DNA of 64,000 nt. Origin: a virus (Duplodnaviria > Caudoviricetes). Below, piece by piece: positions 1 to 9,064 of the stretch. The notes beneath the pieces are model-generated. The model worked only from the letters and a program-made list of their open reading frames with translations, did not search any database and was not told where the DNA came from. The stretch covers positions 1 through 64,000 of the IMG/VR virus record IMGVR_UViG_3300005077_000026, one strand, 5' to 3'. The position numbers and the translations under genes were made by a program. Numbering within the stretch: position 1 is the first letter of the stretch; every line of letters starts with the position of its first letter.

Positions 1-152
1 ATGATGGCCAACTTCTGGGTGAAAGACTTAGGGAAGCCCGTGACCAACAGCTATAACTTCCACGGTCAGAACACCAGCCAGTGGCTCTTTGCTGGGTGCA
101 TCTTGTCCAGTGCCGATGGCAGCTTCTCAATTCACACTTAGGAGGTGCTGTG

Positions 153-404
153 ATGACTACTGGACGGGTCAACAAGCTTTCGGTGCAGGCACAAATCAAC
201 CGAATCAACAACCGTCTTGAATGGTACGGAACCAAGTGGAGATTGGAACTGCACCACCGTTATGATTACTATGTGATTGAATTCAGAAACCCTGATTCAG
301 GAGAGGACGGAAGGAGCCTTACTGCTGGCAACTTTCGTAAGCTGACCGATGTTCTCTACGGGTTCGAGGAGGGGCTGCTTACAGTGGCAGTAAACAAGCA
401 GTAA
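153..404 (+). CDS. hypothetical protein
   Basis: ORF track 81..404; start moved to ATG 153 behind GGAGG at 141-145. Confidence 0.6.
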   Translation: MTTGRVNKLSVQAQINRINNRLEWYGTKWRLELHHRYDYYVIEFRNPDSGEDGRSLTAGNFRKLTDVLYGFEEGLLTVAVNKQ

Positions 405-412
405 AATTCCAT

Positions 413-441
413 TTGACAACTGACTCTGGGCATGAGAAAAT
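413..441 (+). promoter_or_regulatory. sigma70-like promoter with overlapping inverted repeat
   Basis: TTGACA 413-418, 17 nt spacer, TGn+GAAAAT 436-441; CATGAG...TTTTTAAG-A-CTTAAAAA...CTCATG inverted repeat 431-466. Confidence 0.5.
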
Positions 442-512
442 TTTTAAGACTTAAAAAATCCTCATGTCCAGCTGTGAGTTGTTAAATCATCAACCGAAAG
501 GAGGTATGAGAA

Positions 513-779
513 ATGCCGACAAAGGAAAGGAAGCTGAAGGCAATCGCGGTGGCATCGGCTGGGGCTCGTAAACACACAATGCCACACAAATGGGAACGGC
601 TTGGGCCCCACACTTGGTGCAAGGAATGCAAGGTGTGCGGGTATGAAATGGTAGTGAATACCAAGCCAGCTCCTAATGAGATTTCTTTATCCCCTTTCCA
701 GTTTCGGAGGCGTAACCGTGGCAGACAAATGGGACGAGAATTTTATGCAGAAGCGGGTCAATCTTGTCTGGAGGGCTGA
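513..779 (+). CDS. hypothetical protein (CxxCxxC)
   Basis: ORF with GGAGG RBS; CKECKVC motif. Confidence 0.55.
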   Translation: MPTKERKLKAIAVASAGARKHTMPHKWERLGPHTWCKECKVCGYEMVVNTKPAPNEISLSPFQFRRRNRGRQMGREFYAEAGQSCLEG

Positions 780-1284
780 GAGGATGGTATCAGCCATAGG
801 AATCACGTTATCCCCCACAAGTGTCCTTGATGTGGGCTGCTCAGTAGGAGAATTTGTCCAGGAATTCCGTGACAGAAACATTCCCGCATGGGGAATCGAT
901 ATCTCTCACTGGGCAACAAAGTATTGCACCATGGCTACTCGCCCTTACATCCACATCATTGACTTCCTCAAGATGAACCCCCGCAGACTGCCTGGCCCCG
1001 CACGATTCAACCTTGTGATGGCAATCGAATTCTTCTCCATCATTGACCCCGCAGATCACGACAAAGCAGTGGAGAACATGCTTTACATTGGAAGCAAACA
1101 CTTTCTGGTCTGCTGTGGAGAGGACAAAAGGTTTGGACTCAAGGAGAAGTTCCTTGACAGGGGCCTGATCTACAACGCAGAAGCAGTGGATGAGATTCGC
1201 TTTATCCTTTCCCCCTTCAGAGAAAAGCTTGCCTTCAAAGCATTCTACAATGGGCTAATGATCTTTAGAAAGGAGACAACATGA
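718..1284 (+). CDS. class I SAM-dependent methyltransferase-like protein
   Basis: VLDVGCSVG motif I, WGIDIS motif II; GTG 718 behind GGAGG; similar by eye to 44403..45032. Confidence 0.75.
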   Translation: MADKWDENFMQKRVNLVWRAERMVSAIGITLSPTSVLDVGCSVGEFVQEFRDRNIPAWGIDISHWATKYCTMATRPYIHIIDFLKMNPRRLPGPARFNLVMAIEFFSIIDPADHDKAVENMLYIGSKHFLVCCGEDKRFGLKEKFLDRGLIYNAEAVDEIRFILSPFREKLAFKAFYNGLMIFRKETT

Positions 1285-1484
1285 GCAAATCACCTGAGAT
1301 GGAAAAGTTCCTGGACAATTTTGCCAAGGAAGCCTTCGGTCGTTCCCGTCAAGACGCTGCCTGTGTCACCTGTGGCAGCACCAAGATTAACAAGAGTGAT
1401 TTCAGGAACGAGATCAGCCTGAGAGAGTTCGGCATCAGCCATATGTGCCAGGCGTGCCAGGACAGTGTGTTCGGGGAAGATTAA
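1281..1484 (+). CDS. small Cys4 hypothetical protein
   Basis: CVTC...CQAC; ATGA overlap with the upstream gene. Confidence 0.65.
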   Translation: MSKSPEMEKFLDNFAKEAFGRSRQDAACVTCGSTKINKSDFRNEISLREFGISHMCQACQDSVFGED

Positions 1485-1504
1485 TCCTGTGTTACTGCTT
1501 AGTC

Positions 1505-1546
1505 GCCAACCTTGAGAAATTTTCTTGAGAAATTTTTGAGGTTGGC
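1505..1546. repeat. inverted repeat enclosing tandem TTGAGAAATTTT copies
   Basis: GCCAACCT 1505-1512 / AGGTTGGC 1539-1546; 19-mer CAACCTTGAGAAATTTTCT at 1507-1525 recurs at 2670-2688. Confidence 0.7.
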
Positions 1547-1574
1547 TGCGAAGCACTAACCCCAACAAGGAGGT

Positions 1575-1781
1575 ATGAGAATGGAACTTGTTGAACCCTA
1601 TCAATCCATTGCTGAGGAATTAGCAGAGGAATTCTCCCCTTTAGGATGGGGAACTTGGTCGGAAGTTGTCTGCGAATTCCCTAACGGGGAAGGAGATCCT
1701 GAATACCTATCTTATCGATATGGTGTTCCCGTTATTAAGGCTAAGGCTATCCTTCGTTTCATCAGATACAAAAGAACATAG
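1575..1781 (+). CDS. hypothetical protein
   Basis: ORF with AGGAGGT RBS. Confidence 0.6.
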   Translation: MRMELVEPYQSIAEELAEEFSPLGWGTWSEVVCEFPNGEGDPEYLSYRYGVPVIKAKAILRFIRYKRT

Positions 1782-1786
1782 GAGGC

Positions 1787-2182
1787 ATGAGAACGATGGA
1801 TGAGAAAGTTGATAAGGCACTGGCTGCCCTGTACGTGGACATAACCTGCCCCGTTTGTCAAAAGACTGTTGCCCTGAGCAACACAGTGGAGCTGGTTCAT
1901 GGCATCCACATCTGTTTTGACTGTAAAATGATGCCGAGAGAGGCCCGCAATGAGGCCCTGCTGTTTAGGCTTCTCGCTCAGAAGGAAGAAAAGGGGGGAA
2001 GATTTCAAGGACAGGTGATTAACGCCAAGAAGAAATCTGAAATGATAGCAAATGTTAGGATTATTGACACACTTCTTGGTAATTTAAACATTCATTTGGA
2101 AAACACTGTTTTGGCTTCCAAACTGCTACGATCCATTATCCAAGAGGTAAAATCACTCAAATCTAAAATAGAGGAGGTATGA
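1787..2182 (+). CDS. hypothetical protein with CxxC...CxxC motif
   Basis: CPVC...CFDC; GGAGG RBS. Confidence 0.65.
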   Translation: MRTMDEKVDKALAALYVDITCPVCQKTVALSNTVELVHGIHICFDCKMMPREARNEALLFRLLAQKEEKGGRFQGQVINAKKKSEMIANVRIIDTLLGNLNIHLENTVLASKLLRSIIQEVKSLKSKIEEV

Positions 2183-2188
2183 GAAGCT

Positions 2189-2437
2189 ATGTCAGAGGAA
2201 AATGGCAATGGAATCTGCAAGAAGTGCAACAGCCCCGCCCTCCTGAAACCTGATTACGATCAATGCGGGCAACCATTCAGGGTCACCTTCGACGCCCCTG
2301 GCTGCAAGACGTTCTTCTGGTGGAAGGCACCGTTGAAGCGTGGTGACCTGTGCTATTACCATCAGAAAGAAGCTGATGGGCTGTTCAAGGAGAAGAACTG
2401 CCGTGGGAATGACATCTTCAAAGACTACTGCCTCTAA
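2189..2437 (+). CDS. hypothetical Cys-rich protein
   Basis: ORF following GGAGG RBS. Confidence 0.6.
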   Translation: MSEENGNGICKKCNSPALLKPDYDQCGQPFRVTFDAPGCKTFFWWKAPLKRGDLCYYHQKEADGLFKEKNCRGNDIFKDYCL

Positions 2438-2636
2438 GGACAGGTTCCGTGTGGTCCTTACTTGGTACGGTGAGGACCACACCTTCTTTACCTATGCAAC
2501 CAACCCCGACCAAGCACTGAAAAACGCTATCTATTCGATGGCTAAGAAATTCAAGATGCTGCCCGCTCGGTTCCTCAAGTACTTCGACGGGAACGGGGAA
2601 AACTATTCAGTGCTGAAAATTCTTGACAAGTCTTAA
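2340..2636 (+). CDS. hypothetical protein (start uncertain)
   Basis: ORF track; the C-terminal part fills the gap between neighbouring genes. Confidence 0.5.
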   Translation: MVTCAITIRKKLMGCSRRRTAVGMTSSKTTASKDRFRVVLTWYGEDHTFFTYATNPDQALKNAIYSMAKKFKMLPARFLKYFDGNGENYSVLKILDKS

Positions 2637-2692
2637 AAAAGATCATATTCTTAATTGTACGCTACAGTACAACCTTGAGAAATTTTCTCAAG
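2623..2692 (+). promoter_or_regulatory. sigma70-like promoter plus palindromic operator
   Basis: TTGACA 2623-2628, 17 nt, TATTCT 2646-2651; palindrome CTTGAGAAA-T-TTTCTCAAG at 2674-2692. Confidence 0.7.
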
Positions 2693-2711
2693 AAAAATCT
2701 GCAAGTTATAG

Positions 2712-2930
2712 GTGGTGATCAGAGTGAAGGTTGTAACGGGAATGAGCATCAACACAGAGACGGCGGAAGGACTGAGGAGACTGGCTAAAATTCAGAACCG
2801 TACCTTCTCCAACTTGTGCGAAACTATTCTCTCCGAATACGTTCGCAACAATCTGCCTGCTGAGAAGAAGGCAGAATATCCTGCACCAGCAGCAACACAA
2901 TCTCCGACCCTGAAAAGGAGAATAGCGTGA
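2712..2930 (+). CDS. putative ribbon-helix-helix DNA-binding protein
   Basis: short beta-like segment (GMSIN) then LRRLAKIQNRTFSNLCETILSEY, a CopG/Arc-like pattern. Confidence 0.6.
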   Translation: MVIRVKVVTGMSINTETAEGLRRLAKIQNRTFSNLCETILSEYVRNNLPAEKKAEYPAPAATQSPTLKRRIA

Positions 2931-2934
2931 CACC

Positions 2935-3315
2935 ATGAGCAAGAACTGTTTGCACTGCCAGCTGTACAACAAAAGCAAGATCCGAGAGCAGGGGAAACGT
3001 TTCTGCAGGGAGTCTCAGAAATTTGTTGCATCTGATGATAAAGCTTGTAGCGACTTTTCCCTTGCCCCCTACTTCTATTGTGAGAAGGAGGGGATTTGGC
3101 AGCATGTGATCTGCTGCGTAAAAAGGCAGCACAAGAAGTTTCCCGACATCTGCCGTGCTTGCTCTAAGGGGGAAGAGGTGATGGACATGTGCAGGGGGAA
3201 GGACCTCTACACCCACTTCAATCTCCGTCGGCAGAATCTCGACCGCAGAGAAGACCAGCAATCTGAGCCCGAGTCCAAGACTACTGTGGAGATCAATCTT
3301 CGCAAAAGGGCGTAA
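2935..3315 (+). CDS. Cys-rich hypothetical protein
   Basis: multiple Cys pairs (CLHC, CRAC). Confidence 0.6.
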   Translation: MSKNCLHCQLYNKSKIREQGKRFCRESQKFVASDDKACSDFSLAPYFYCEKEGIWQHVICCVKRQHKKFPDICRACSKGEEVMDMCRGKDLYTHFNLRRQNLDRREDQQSEPESKTTVEINLRKRA

Positions 3316-3323
3316 ACCCCGCA

Positions 3324-4757
3324 ATGAAAACGATTGAAATATACATCTACACACCGAATCAGTGTTGGGTAGGGATGCTTTCCGGGCGAATCATTGCCCC
3401 CTCTTTGTCTTTTCAAAAAGAATACTACAAGAAAGTCAGAATCCCGGGCACCGACCCACCTAAGTTCAAGAATCAGCGCCATGAATACACTGCCTGTGTG
3501 CTGAAGAAGCACACGGATGGCTTTGTGTTTCCTCGGGGCCTGATTCACCGAGTCATCGACTTCTGCGATTCAAAGGGGATTCCTTACACGATTCACAAGC
3601 TGGCGGATCGAGTGAACTACCCACTCAATTCCCCTCCCAATCAACTCATTGATCGAGAGAGCCAAGAGACCATCACCCTCAGAGAAGACCAGAAGCAGCT
3701 TATCCAGCACTGTGTTGATGAGCAAATGGGCATCATCGTCAGCCCCACTGGGTCGGGGAAGACCATCATGCAAGTGGCGCTTATGTACTGCGCTCCTTAT
3801 CGAAAGATTCTCCTGCTTGTCCACTTGACTTCTATTGTTACCCAAACGATTGAGAAGTTGAAGAAGTACGGACTTGGCCCTATACAGCAAGTAGGTGGGG
3901 GAGACTCTTTCAATGGGGAGTTCACTGCCAACATCGTAGTCTCCACCATTCAGAGCTTTGCCAATATCGACCCTGATCTTTATTACAAGGAGTTCGATAT
4001 GGTGATCATTGATGAAGCCCACCACGTTAATTCCTTTAAAGGACAGTACGCCGAAGTCCTCAGCAACATTTACAGTCAGATGAAGTTCGGCTTTACGGCT
4101 ACTGTCCACAGTGAAGAAAGGGATTTTGAGAAGGTGCTGGCAAGAGAATCTCTAATGGGCAGAATCATCGGCACCTTCTCCTTAGAGGAAGCTATGGAAA
4201 AGGGCATACTTGCTATTCCCAAATTGAAGTTTCTCAGGGTTCCTACTTCCCACAGACTAAGAGAGATCAGAAAGTATCAGGATGTATATGAAGCAGGGGT
4301 GGTAAACAACCATCTGAGAAATGATTTGATTGCAGAGACCATCATGCGGGATCACCCCGACCAGATCAGCCTTGTCTTTGTTGATCGCATCGAGCATGGT
4401 AACAACCTTGTTGAAGCTTTTCAAAGGCTTGGTCGCCGAGTGCCTTTCATTCAAGGTTCAATGGACACAGTGGAGCGAGATAACATCAAAGCTTCCATGA
4501 TTGAACGCCGAAGAAAGACCGTAATTGCTTCTACAGCATGGAGGGAGGGTGTCGATATCCCCACTCTTGATGTGTTGGTGATGGCGGGTGCGGCGAAGTC
4601 AGAAATCCCCGTGATGCAGACTGTGGGCAGGGTGCTGAGAAGGACAGAGGGCAAGGAGATCGTGATGATTTACGACTTTCTGGATATTTCACACCACTAT
4701 TTAGTGGCACATTTAGGTGAGAGATTATGTATTTACTCTGACCTCGGATGGTTGTGA
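3324..4757 (+). CDS. SF2 DEAH-box helicase (UvsW-like)
   Basis: SPTGSGKT Walker A, DEAH, TAT motif III, EGVDIP, QTVGRVLR motif VI. Confidence 0.9.
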   Translation: MKTIEIYIYTPNQCWVGMLSGRIIAPSLSFQKEYYKKVRIPGTDPPKFKNQRHEYTACVLKKHTDGFVFPRGLIHRVIDFCDSKGIPYTIHKLADRVNYPLNSPPNQLIDRESQETITLREDQKQLIQHCVDEQMGIIVSPTGSGKTIMQVALMYCAPYRKILLLVHLTSIVTQTIEKLKKYGLGPIQQVGGGDSFNGEFTANIVVSTIQSFANIDPDLYYKEFDMVIIDEAHHVNSFKGQYAEVLSNIYSQMKFGFTATVHSEERDFEKVLARESLMGRIIGTFSLEEAMEKGILAIPKLKFLRVPTSHRLREIRKYQDVYEAGVVNNHLRNDLIAETIMRDHPDQISLVFVDRIEHGNNLVEAFQRLGRRVPFIQGSMDTVERDNIKASMIERRRKTVIASTAWREGVDIPTLDVLVMAGAAKSEIPVMQTVGRVLRRTEGKEIVMIYDFLDISHHYLVAHLGERLCIYSDLGWL

Positions 4758-5129
4758 TTTTACATATCTAAGAAATTCAGAAATTTGGAAAGTTCACCCT
4801 GTGTATATCGATTATGAAATATCTACCTTCGGCAGAATAAGAAGGGAAACAGAAAAAGGAAACAGTATTACGGATTTAGAAAAGGCACCAACGCTTCCTT
4901 CGAAACCTGGGGCCGCTGCTATTACTATATCGACCAGGGGGAAGAAGCAGCCCTGAAGCTGAGAAAGCTATTGGTAAAGCAGAAATGCTTTCCCATTAAG
5001 TACCATGAAAAAGAAAATGAAATCATCATTACCTATCACTTTAATAGTCCAGTGGTTAAAATGGAATCACCAATCAGATTGATCCAACAAGAGGGGGACC
5101 ACAATGATCTCCAGCTCCAGACCGATTGA
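4717..5129 (+). pseudogene. NUMOD4-like fragment followed by an out-of-frame ORF
   Basis: EIWKVHPVYIDYEISTFGRIRR resembles the NUMOD4 motif; a start-less 103-codon frame runs 4818-5129. Confidence 0.45.
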
Positions 5130-5325
5130 ATGGCATGAGAAAAATCTCCTTAACCGAAAATACTATCTCCAAAGACTGAAGGAGGTCCTGGACCAAAAAC
5201 AAAGAGAGATATGGAGACATGAGGAGGAAATATCCCTTCTTGAAACCCAAATAAAGGTGGCCAAAGAGAGGGGCAAAACCCAGTTTGATAAAGAACGCTT
5301 CTTGGTAAAGAGGAAACTAAAATGA
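5104..5325 (+). CDS. hypothetical coiled-coil protein
   Basis: ORF, GAGGGG RBS, heptad pattern. Confidence 0.6.
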   Translation: MISSSRPIEWHEKNLLNRKYYLQRLKEVLDQKQREIWRHEEEISLLETQIKVAKERGKTQFDKERFLVKRKLK

Positions 5326-5495
5326 AATGCAACGTCCCAAAGGACTGCTGGGGTTGTGCCAAGTATGATGAATGTCCCATCATTGAGGAGTATCATACCA
5401 CACACTTTCCCTGGGGTTTGGTGATTTCGGCAGCGATAGTGGTTGTGCTGAGCCTGCTTGGAATATCTAATCTACTAAGCAGATTCGGGGACTAA
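5322..5495 (+). CDS. small membrane protein, 57 aa (not in ORF track)
   Basis: manual translation MKCNVPKDCWGC...WGLVISAAIVVVLSLLGI; ATGA overlap. Confidence 0.5.
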   Translation: MKCNVPKDCWGCAKYDECPIIEEYHTTHFPWGLVISAAIVVVLSLLGISNLLSRFGD

Positions 5496-5499
5496 AGAC

Positions 5500-6420
5500 A
5501 TGACCAACCTCGACCTCTTTGACGTGGAACGCTATTTGAAAACAAGGGGAATCTCCTTCTCCCAACGTGGAAAGAATGTCAGTGAAGGATGGATAGGAAC
5601 CAAATGCCCCTTCTGTTCTGACCGAACGAATCATCTTGGAATCAACCTTAGAAGCAAGACGATCAACTGTTTCAGGTGCCCGACCAAAGGCACCATCATC
5701 AAGTATATCATGCGAATCGAAGGGTGCTCAATTCAGAGAGCTTTTACCGTGATCTCTGAATTCACGCATACGAACATAGCAAGTGCTCTGCAATCGTCGA
5801 ATCTCCAAGCTCCCCTTCGATCTACGAAGTCGGTGAGCATAGAGAAGTATGCTAAAAAAGAACTGCTACAGATGCACCGCAACTGGCTAATCAATCGACG
5901 CTTTGACCCTGATGTAATCTACAAAGAGTATGATCTGTGGTGCTGCGGACATATAGGGGACTACAAATTCCGCCTGATCGTCCCACTGTTTCTCAATCAT
6001 CGCCCCGTTACCTTTGTCGCCCGTGATGTTACTAACATCGCCTCCCCACCCTATCGCAACTTGCCTGAGAATGAAAGCATCTTTACCACCAAAGAATGCC
6101 TCTACAATTTTGACACAGTGACAGATACGGCACTGGTGGTCGAGGGGGTTACAGATGTATGGCGCATAGGAAAAGGAACTGTAGCAACACTTGGCGACAA
6201 GTGGACGAAGGTACAGGCTGCAATGCTGAGGGAAATCAAAAGGGTGTTTATTCTATACGACTCGGAGCCTGATGCCCAGAAGAATGCAGAGGCGCTGGCT
6301 ATCGACTTGGCCCCCTTTACAGACGTACACACGCTGGAGCTGGAGAGTGGTGACCCAGCTGACCTGAGTGACGATGACGCTAAAGAACTCCGAAGGGAGA
6401 TATTCGGGAGGGTTTGGTAA
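5500..6420 (+). CDS. DNA primase (Zn finger + TOPRIM)
   Basis: CPFC...CFRC N-terminal Zn finger; VVEGVTD and YDSE TOPRIM motifs. Confidence 0.85.
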   Translation: MTNLDLFDVERYLKTRGISFSQRGKNVSEGWIGTKCPFCSDRTNHLGINLRSKTINCFRCPTKGTIIKYIMRIEGCSIQRAFTVISEFTHTNIASALQSSNLQAPLRSTKSVSIEKYAKKELLQMHRNWLINRRFDPDVIYKEYDLWCCGHIGDYKFRLIVPLFLNHRPVTFVARDVTNIASPPYRNLPENESIFTTKECLYNFDTVTDTALVVEGVTDVWRIGKGTVATLGDKWTKVQAAMLREIKRVFILYDSEPDAQKNAEALAIDLAPFTDVHTLELESGDPADLSDDDAKELRREIFGRVW

Positions 6421-6421
6421 G

Positions 6422-6793
6422 ATGACTTTCAAATCGATCTTAGAAGGACGAATCTATAGGGAAAGAGTTTCCAACAAAGAATGGAGAGTCACTTGCAGCC
6501 GCCAGTTTCCAAAGAAAGGAAGCAACAAATTGGTCTTCTGCATAGGGTCTGCGGTGCTGTCAAAGCTGGGGTGGAGAAAGAGTGACGCTATCGACATCCT
6601 GAAATCGGACGATGATAATTTGGCAATCATACGAAGGGCTAATGGAAATAGGGGGATCAGGTTAACAATCGACAAATATGGGCACGGTGTCATTCGCATC
6701 ACTGGCGTCCCTGGAGAGGGACCAAAGAAGTTTACCATACTTGACCACCAGATCATTGATAACGAGATCATGTTCGACGCTTGCTGGAACTGA
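6422..6793 (+). CDS. hypothetical protein
   Basis: ORF track 6368..6793; ATG 6422 directly after the primase stop. Confidence 0.55.
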   Translation: MTFKSILEGRIYRERVSNKEWRVTCSRQFPKKGSNKLVFCIGSAVLSKLGWRKSDAIDILKSDDDNLAIIRRANGNRGIRLTIDKYGHGVIRITGVPGEGPKKFTILDHQIIDNEIMFDACWN

Positions 6794-6874
6794 AAGGAGT
6801 CGGGGGCAGGAAGAGCAAGCGAGCCACGAAAGGAGATGGGCGGCCCCACATTTGCCCGGAAAGGAGGTGATGCT

Positions 6875-7174
6875 ATGCAACGGCGCGCTAAAAACAGGCT
6901 GGTGATCCTATTGGTAATAGCCATTGCAGTGATTACCGCAATAACGCTGATGGGGTTTCCTGCAGCTGGGAGTGCCACCCCACCGCAGTGGGTTTGGGAT
7001 GAACAGGGCCGAGTAACTGATGCCACCGGGCAGTACGTCCGATTGACGGATGAAGAGGCTTGCGAAATGTACGATCTTTGTCCTGAAATGGCTATCGGAA
7101 TCGCTTTGGCTTCTGTCGGATCGGGCTCAACAGGGAGCGATGGGGCAGGACCTGATGGCGGTGGTTGTCGATAG
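6875..7174 (+). CDS. hypothetical protein with N-terminal membrane anchor
   Basis: GGAGGT RBS; hydrophobic LVILLVIAIAVITAITLM. Confidence 0.6.
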   Translation: MQRRAKNRLVILLVIAIAVITAITLMGFPAAGSATPPQWVWDEQGRVTDATGQYVRLTDEEACEMYDLCPEMAIGIALASVGSGSTGSDGAGPDGGGCR

Positions 7175-7259
7175 GGGGCAGCGCATCCTGATTTAAAACG
7201 CTGGGGTGGGGTTCAGAAATGGGCCCCACCCTAAATCTCACAAGAAAGGTGGCACCCAA

Positions 7260-7871
7260 ATGAAACAAGCCCCGAAACTGATTCTAATCATGTTCATCCT
7301 ATTTGCATTATTTGGTGCTTACATGACAGGGAAGGGCAACCGAGAGATCCAATTAAAAGAAGTCATAAAAACAGCCAAGGTAGAACAGGTTCCAAAATCA
7401 AGAGTTCTCGAAACAATTCTTTTCCTTCAGCCCCATCTTGATCCCTTTATAGCTAAACCAATCGCCGATGCCGTAGAAAGATCATGTTCCAATCACATGC
7501 TGCCAACGTCTTTCATTCTCTCACTGATTAAATGGGAATCCGATTTTGATCCCTTAGCGACCAGCAAAGCAGGGGCTAAGGGGCTGATGCAGATTATTCC
7601 AAGATACCATCTTGAAAAAATAGAGGACATAGGACAAATATACATTATCTCTAACAACGTGGAGGTGGGATGCAAGATAATAGCTGAATATCTAAAAGCA
7701 AACAATTGGGACATTTACAAGGCGCTTCACAGCTATCTTGGGAAGAGGGCAACCAATAAAGACGTCCAGAGCTATGCTCTAAAGATACTCAAGACCAATC
7801 TCCAGATCGCTTTCTTCCTGCAAACCTTACCAATCGAGTATGAGGAGAAACAAGATGGAAATCAACATTGA
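7260..7871 (+). CDS. lytic transglycosylase (SLT domain) with N-terminal anchor
   Basis: WESDF catalytic Glu, GAKGLMQI motif, YL...ALHSY. Confidence 0.85.
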   Translation: MKQAPKLILIMFILFALFGAYMTGKGNREIQLKEVIKTAKVEQVPKSRVLETILFLQPHLDPFIAKPIADAVERSCSNHMLPTSFILSLIKWESDFDPLATSKAGAKGLMQIIPRYHLEKIEDIGQIYIISNNVEVGCKIIAEYLKANNWDIYKALHSYLGKRATNKDVQSYALKILKTNLQIAFFLQTLPIEYEEKQDGNQH

Positions 7872-8604
7872 AGATGCTCCCGAATCGGAAGAACCCAAAG
7901 ATGATCGCCCTGATTTTACCACTGTCCCTGTATTAAGGGGGAAATTCGAAGCACAGATTTTGTTGGAGAAACTGAGAAAACTTCTCCCCGAGGGGGCCGC
8001 TTATATCTGTGGGGGCTATGTGCGATGGATGTGCAGCCCAAGATATGAGCCCGTACTTCCGAAAGACGTAGATGTGTACTGCGAGAATGAGGAGGTATTT
8101 GATAAAGTGGTCGAGTGGATGCGGACCCAGAACATGACAGAAGCTTCCAGTGACATGTCCATCTCCTTTAAAGTCAAGAAGGACGAACCCAGCCACCCCT
8201 TCTTCTGTCTGCCCCCCATCCAGATTATTCGTCCAATGAAGGTCGCCCGGATCGTGACCAACGGCACCTTGGAATCTATCCTTGCCAACTTCGACTTCAC
8301 CGTAATAAGGATAGGCTGGATCGGCGGCACTTTCGCCCTTGCCGACAAGGACTTCATAGAGCATGAGACAGACAAAAGGCTGGTGATCAAGAATATCCAT
8401 TGCCCGATATCCTCCAGCTTTCGCTTTATGAAGTACTACAAGAAGGGCTACTTCCCCAAGATGACGGAGATCGTCAAGTTGTTTCTCGATTGGGACGGGC
8501 GCCCTGAAGACTATCGGCTGAAGATCCTGCAGCTTGTCGAGAAGAAGGACAATCTGACAGAGAAAGAAATAATGGAGCTTGAGGCTCTGATGAGGATCGA
8601 TTGA
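7855..8604 (+). CDS. nucleotidyltransferase, CCA-adding/poly(A) polymerase head-like
   Basis: YICGGYVR, KDVDVY (DxD), NFDFTV. Confidence 0.7.
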   Translation: MEINIEDAPESEEPKDDRPDFTTVPVLRGKFEAQILLEKLRKLLPEGAAYICGGYVRWMCSPRYEPVLPKDVDVYCENEEVFDKVVEWMRTQNMTEASSDMSISFKVKKDEPSHPFFCLPPIQIIRPMKVARIVTNGTLESILANFDFTVIRIGWIGGTFALADKDFIEHETDKRLVIKNIHCPISSSFRFMKYYKKGYFPKMTEIVKLFLDWDGRPEDYRLKILQLVEKKDNLTEKEIMELEALMRID

Positions 8605-8819
8605 TGATCCAACTCTTCCAATGCCTTGATCGCAGAATGTGCGCGGGGTTTGAAGCAGTGGATGGGAAGGTCACAAGAGTAGCCCCCATCCTGAAAAGGT
8701 TCATCCACATAGGGATGCCCTCCACTGCTGCTGCTTTCGCCCTGCGAAAGGCGAGGATAGATGTGCAGGAGGTAACACCATGCAGGGATGCCCGGAAGCA
8801 GTTATTGCTTTTTCAGTAG
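8601..8819 (+). CDS. hypothetical protein
   Basis: ORF overlapping the upstream stop. Confidence 0.5.
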   Translation: MMIQLFQCLDRRMCAGFEAVDGKVTRVAPILKRFIHIGMPSTAAAFALRKARIDVQEVTPCRDARKQLLLFQ

Positions 8820-8824
8820 AGGGG

Positions 8825-9064
8825 ATGTTTGGAACCTACTCAGTAAGCATCCCCACACCATTCATAACTTTGATCATTTTGCTAATCTTCATTCTGGTAA
8901 TAGTCCATACACGATTCAAGTACAAGACTCACCAGATTGACTATCAAGAACTTCAACGATTGCTCAACAGATTGGACAAGGAGGAAAAAGGAAATGCCGA
9001 AAGTCAACCATGTGAAGTCAGCAAGGAAAGACAATCCCACCCTTGGTATCAAAGTTGGAGATGA
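8825..9064 (+). CDS. small membrane protein
   Basis: ORF track 8780..9064; hydrophobic FITLIILLIFILVIV. Confidence 0.45.
   Translation: MFGTYSVSIPTPFITLIILLIFILVIVHTRFKYKTHQIDYQELQRLLNRLDKEEKGNAESQPCEVSKERQSHPWYQSWR

Noticed and set aside
4844-4850. GGGAAAC slippery heptamer as the cause of the NUMOD4 frame switch
   Set aside because: It is not in X XXY YYZ phase for the NUMOD4 frame
7204-7231. GC-rich hairpin upstream of the SLT gene as a terminator
   Set aside because: There is no T-tract; function cannot be assigned
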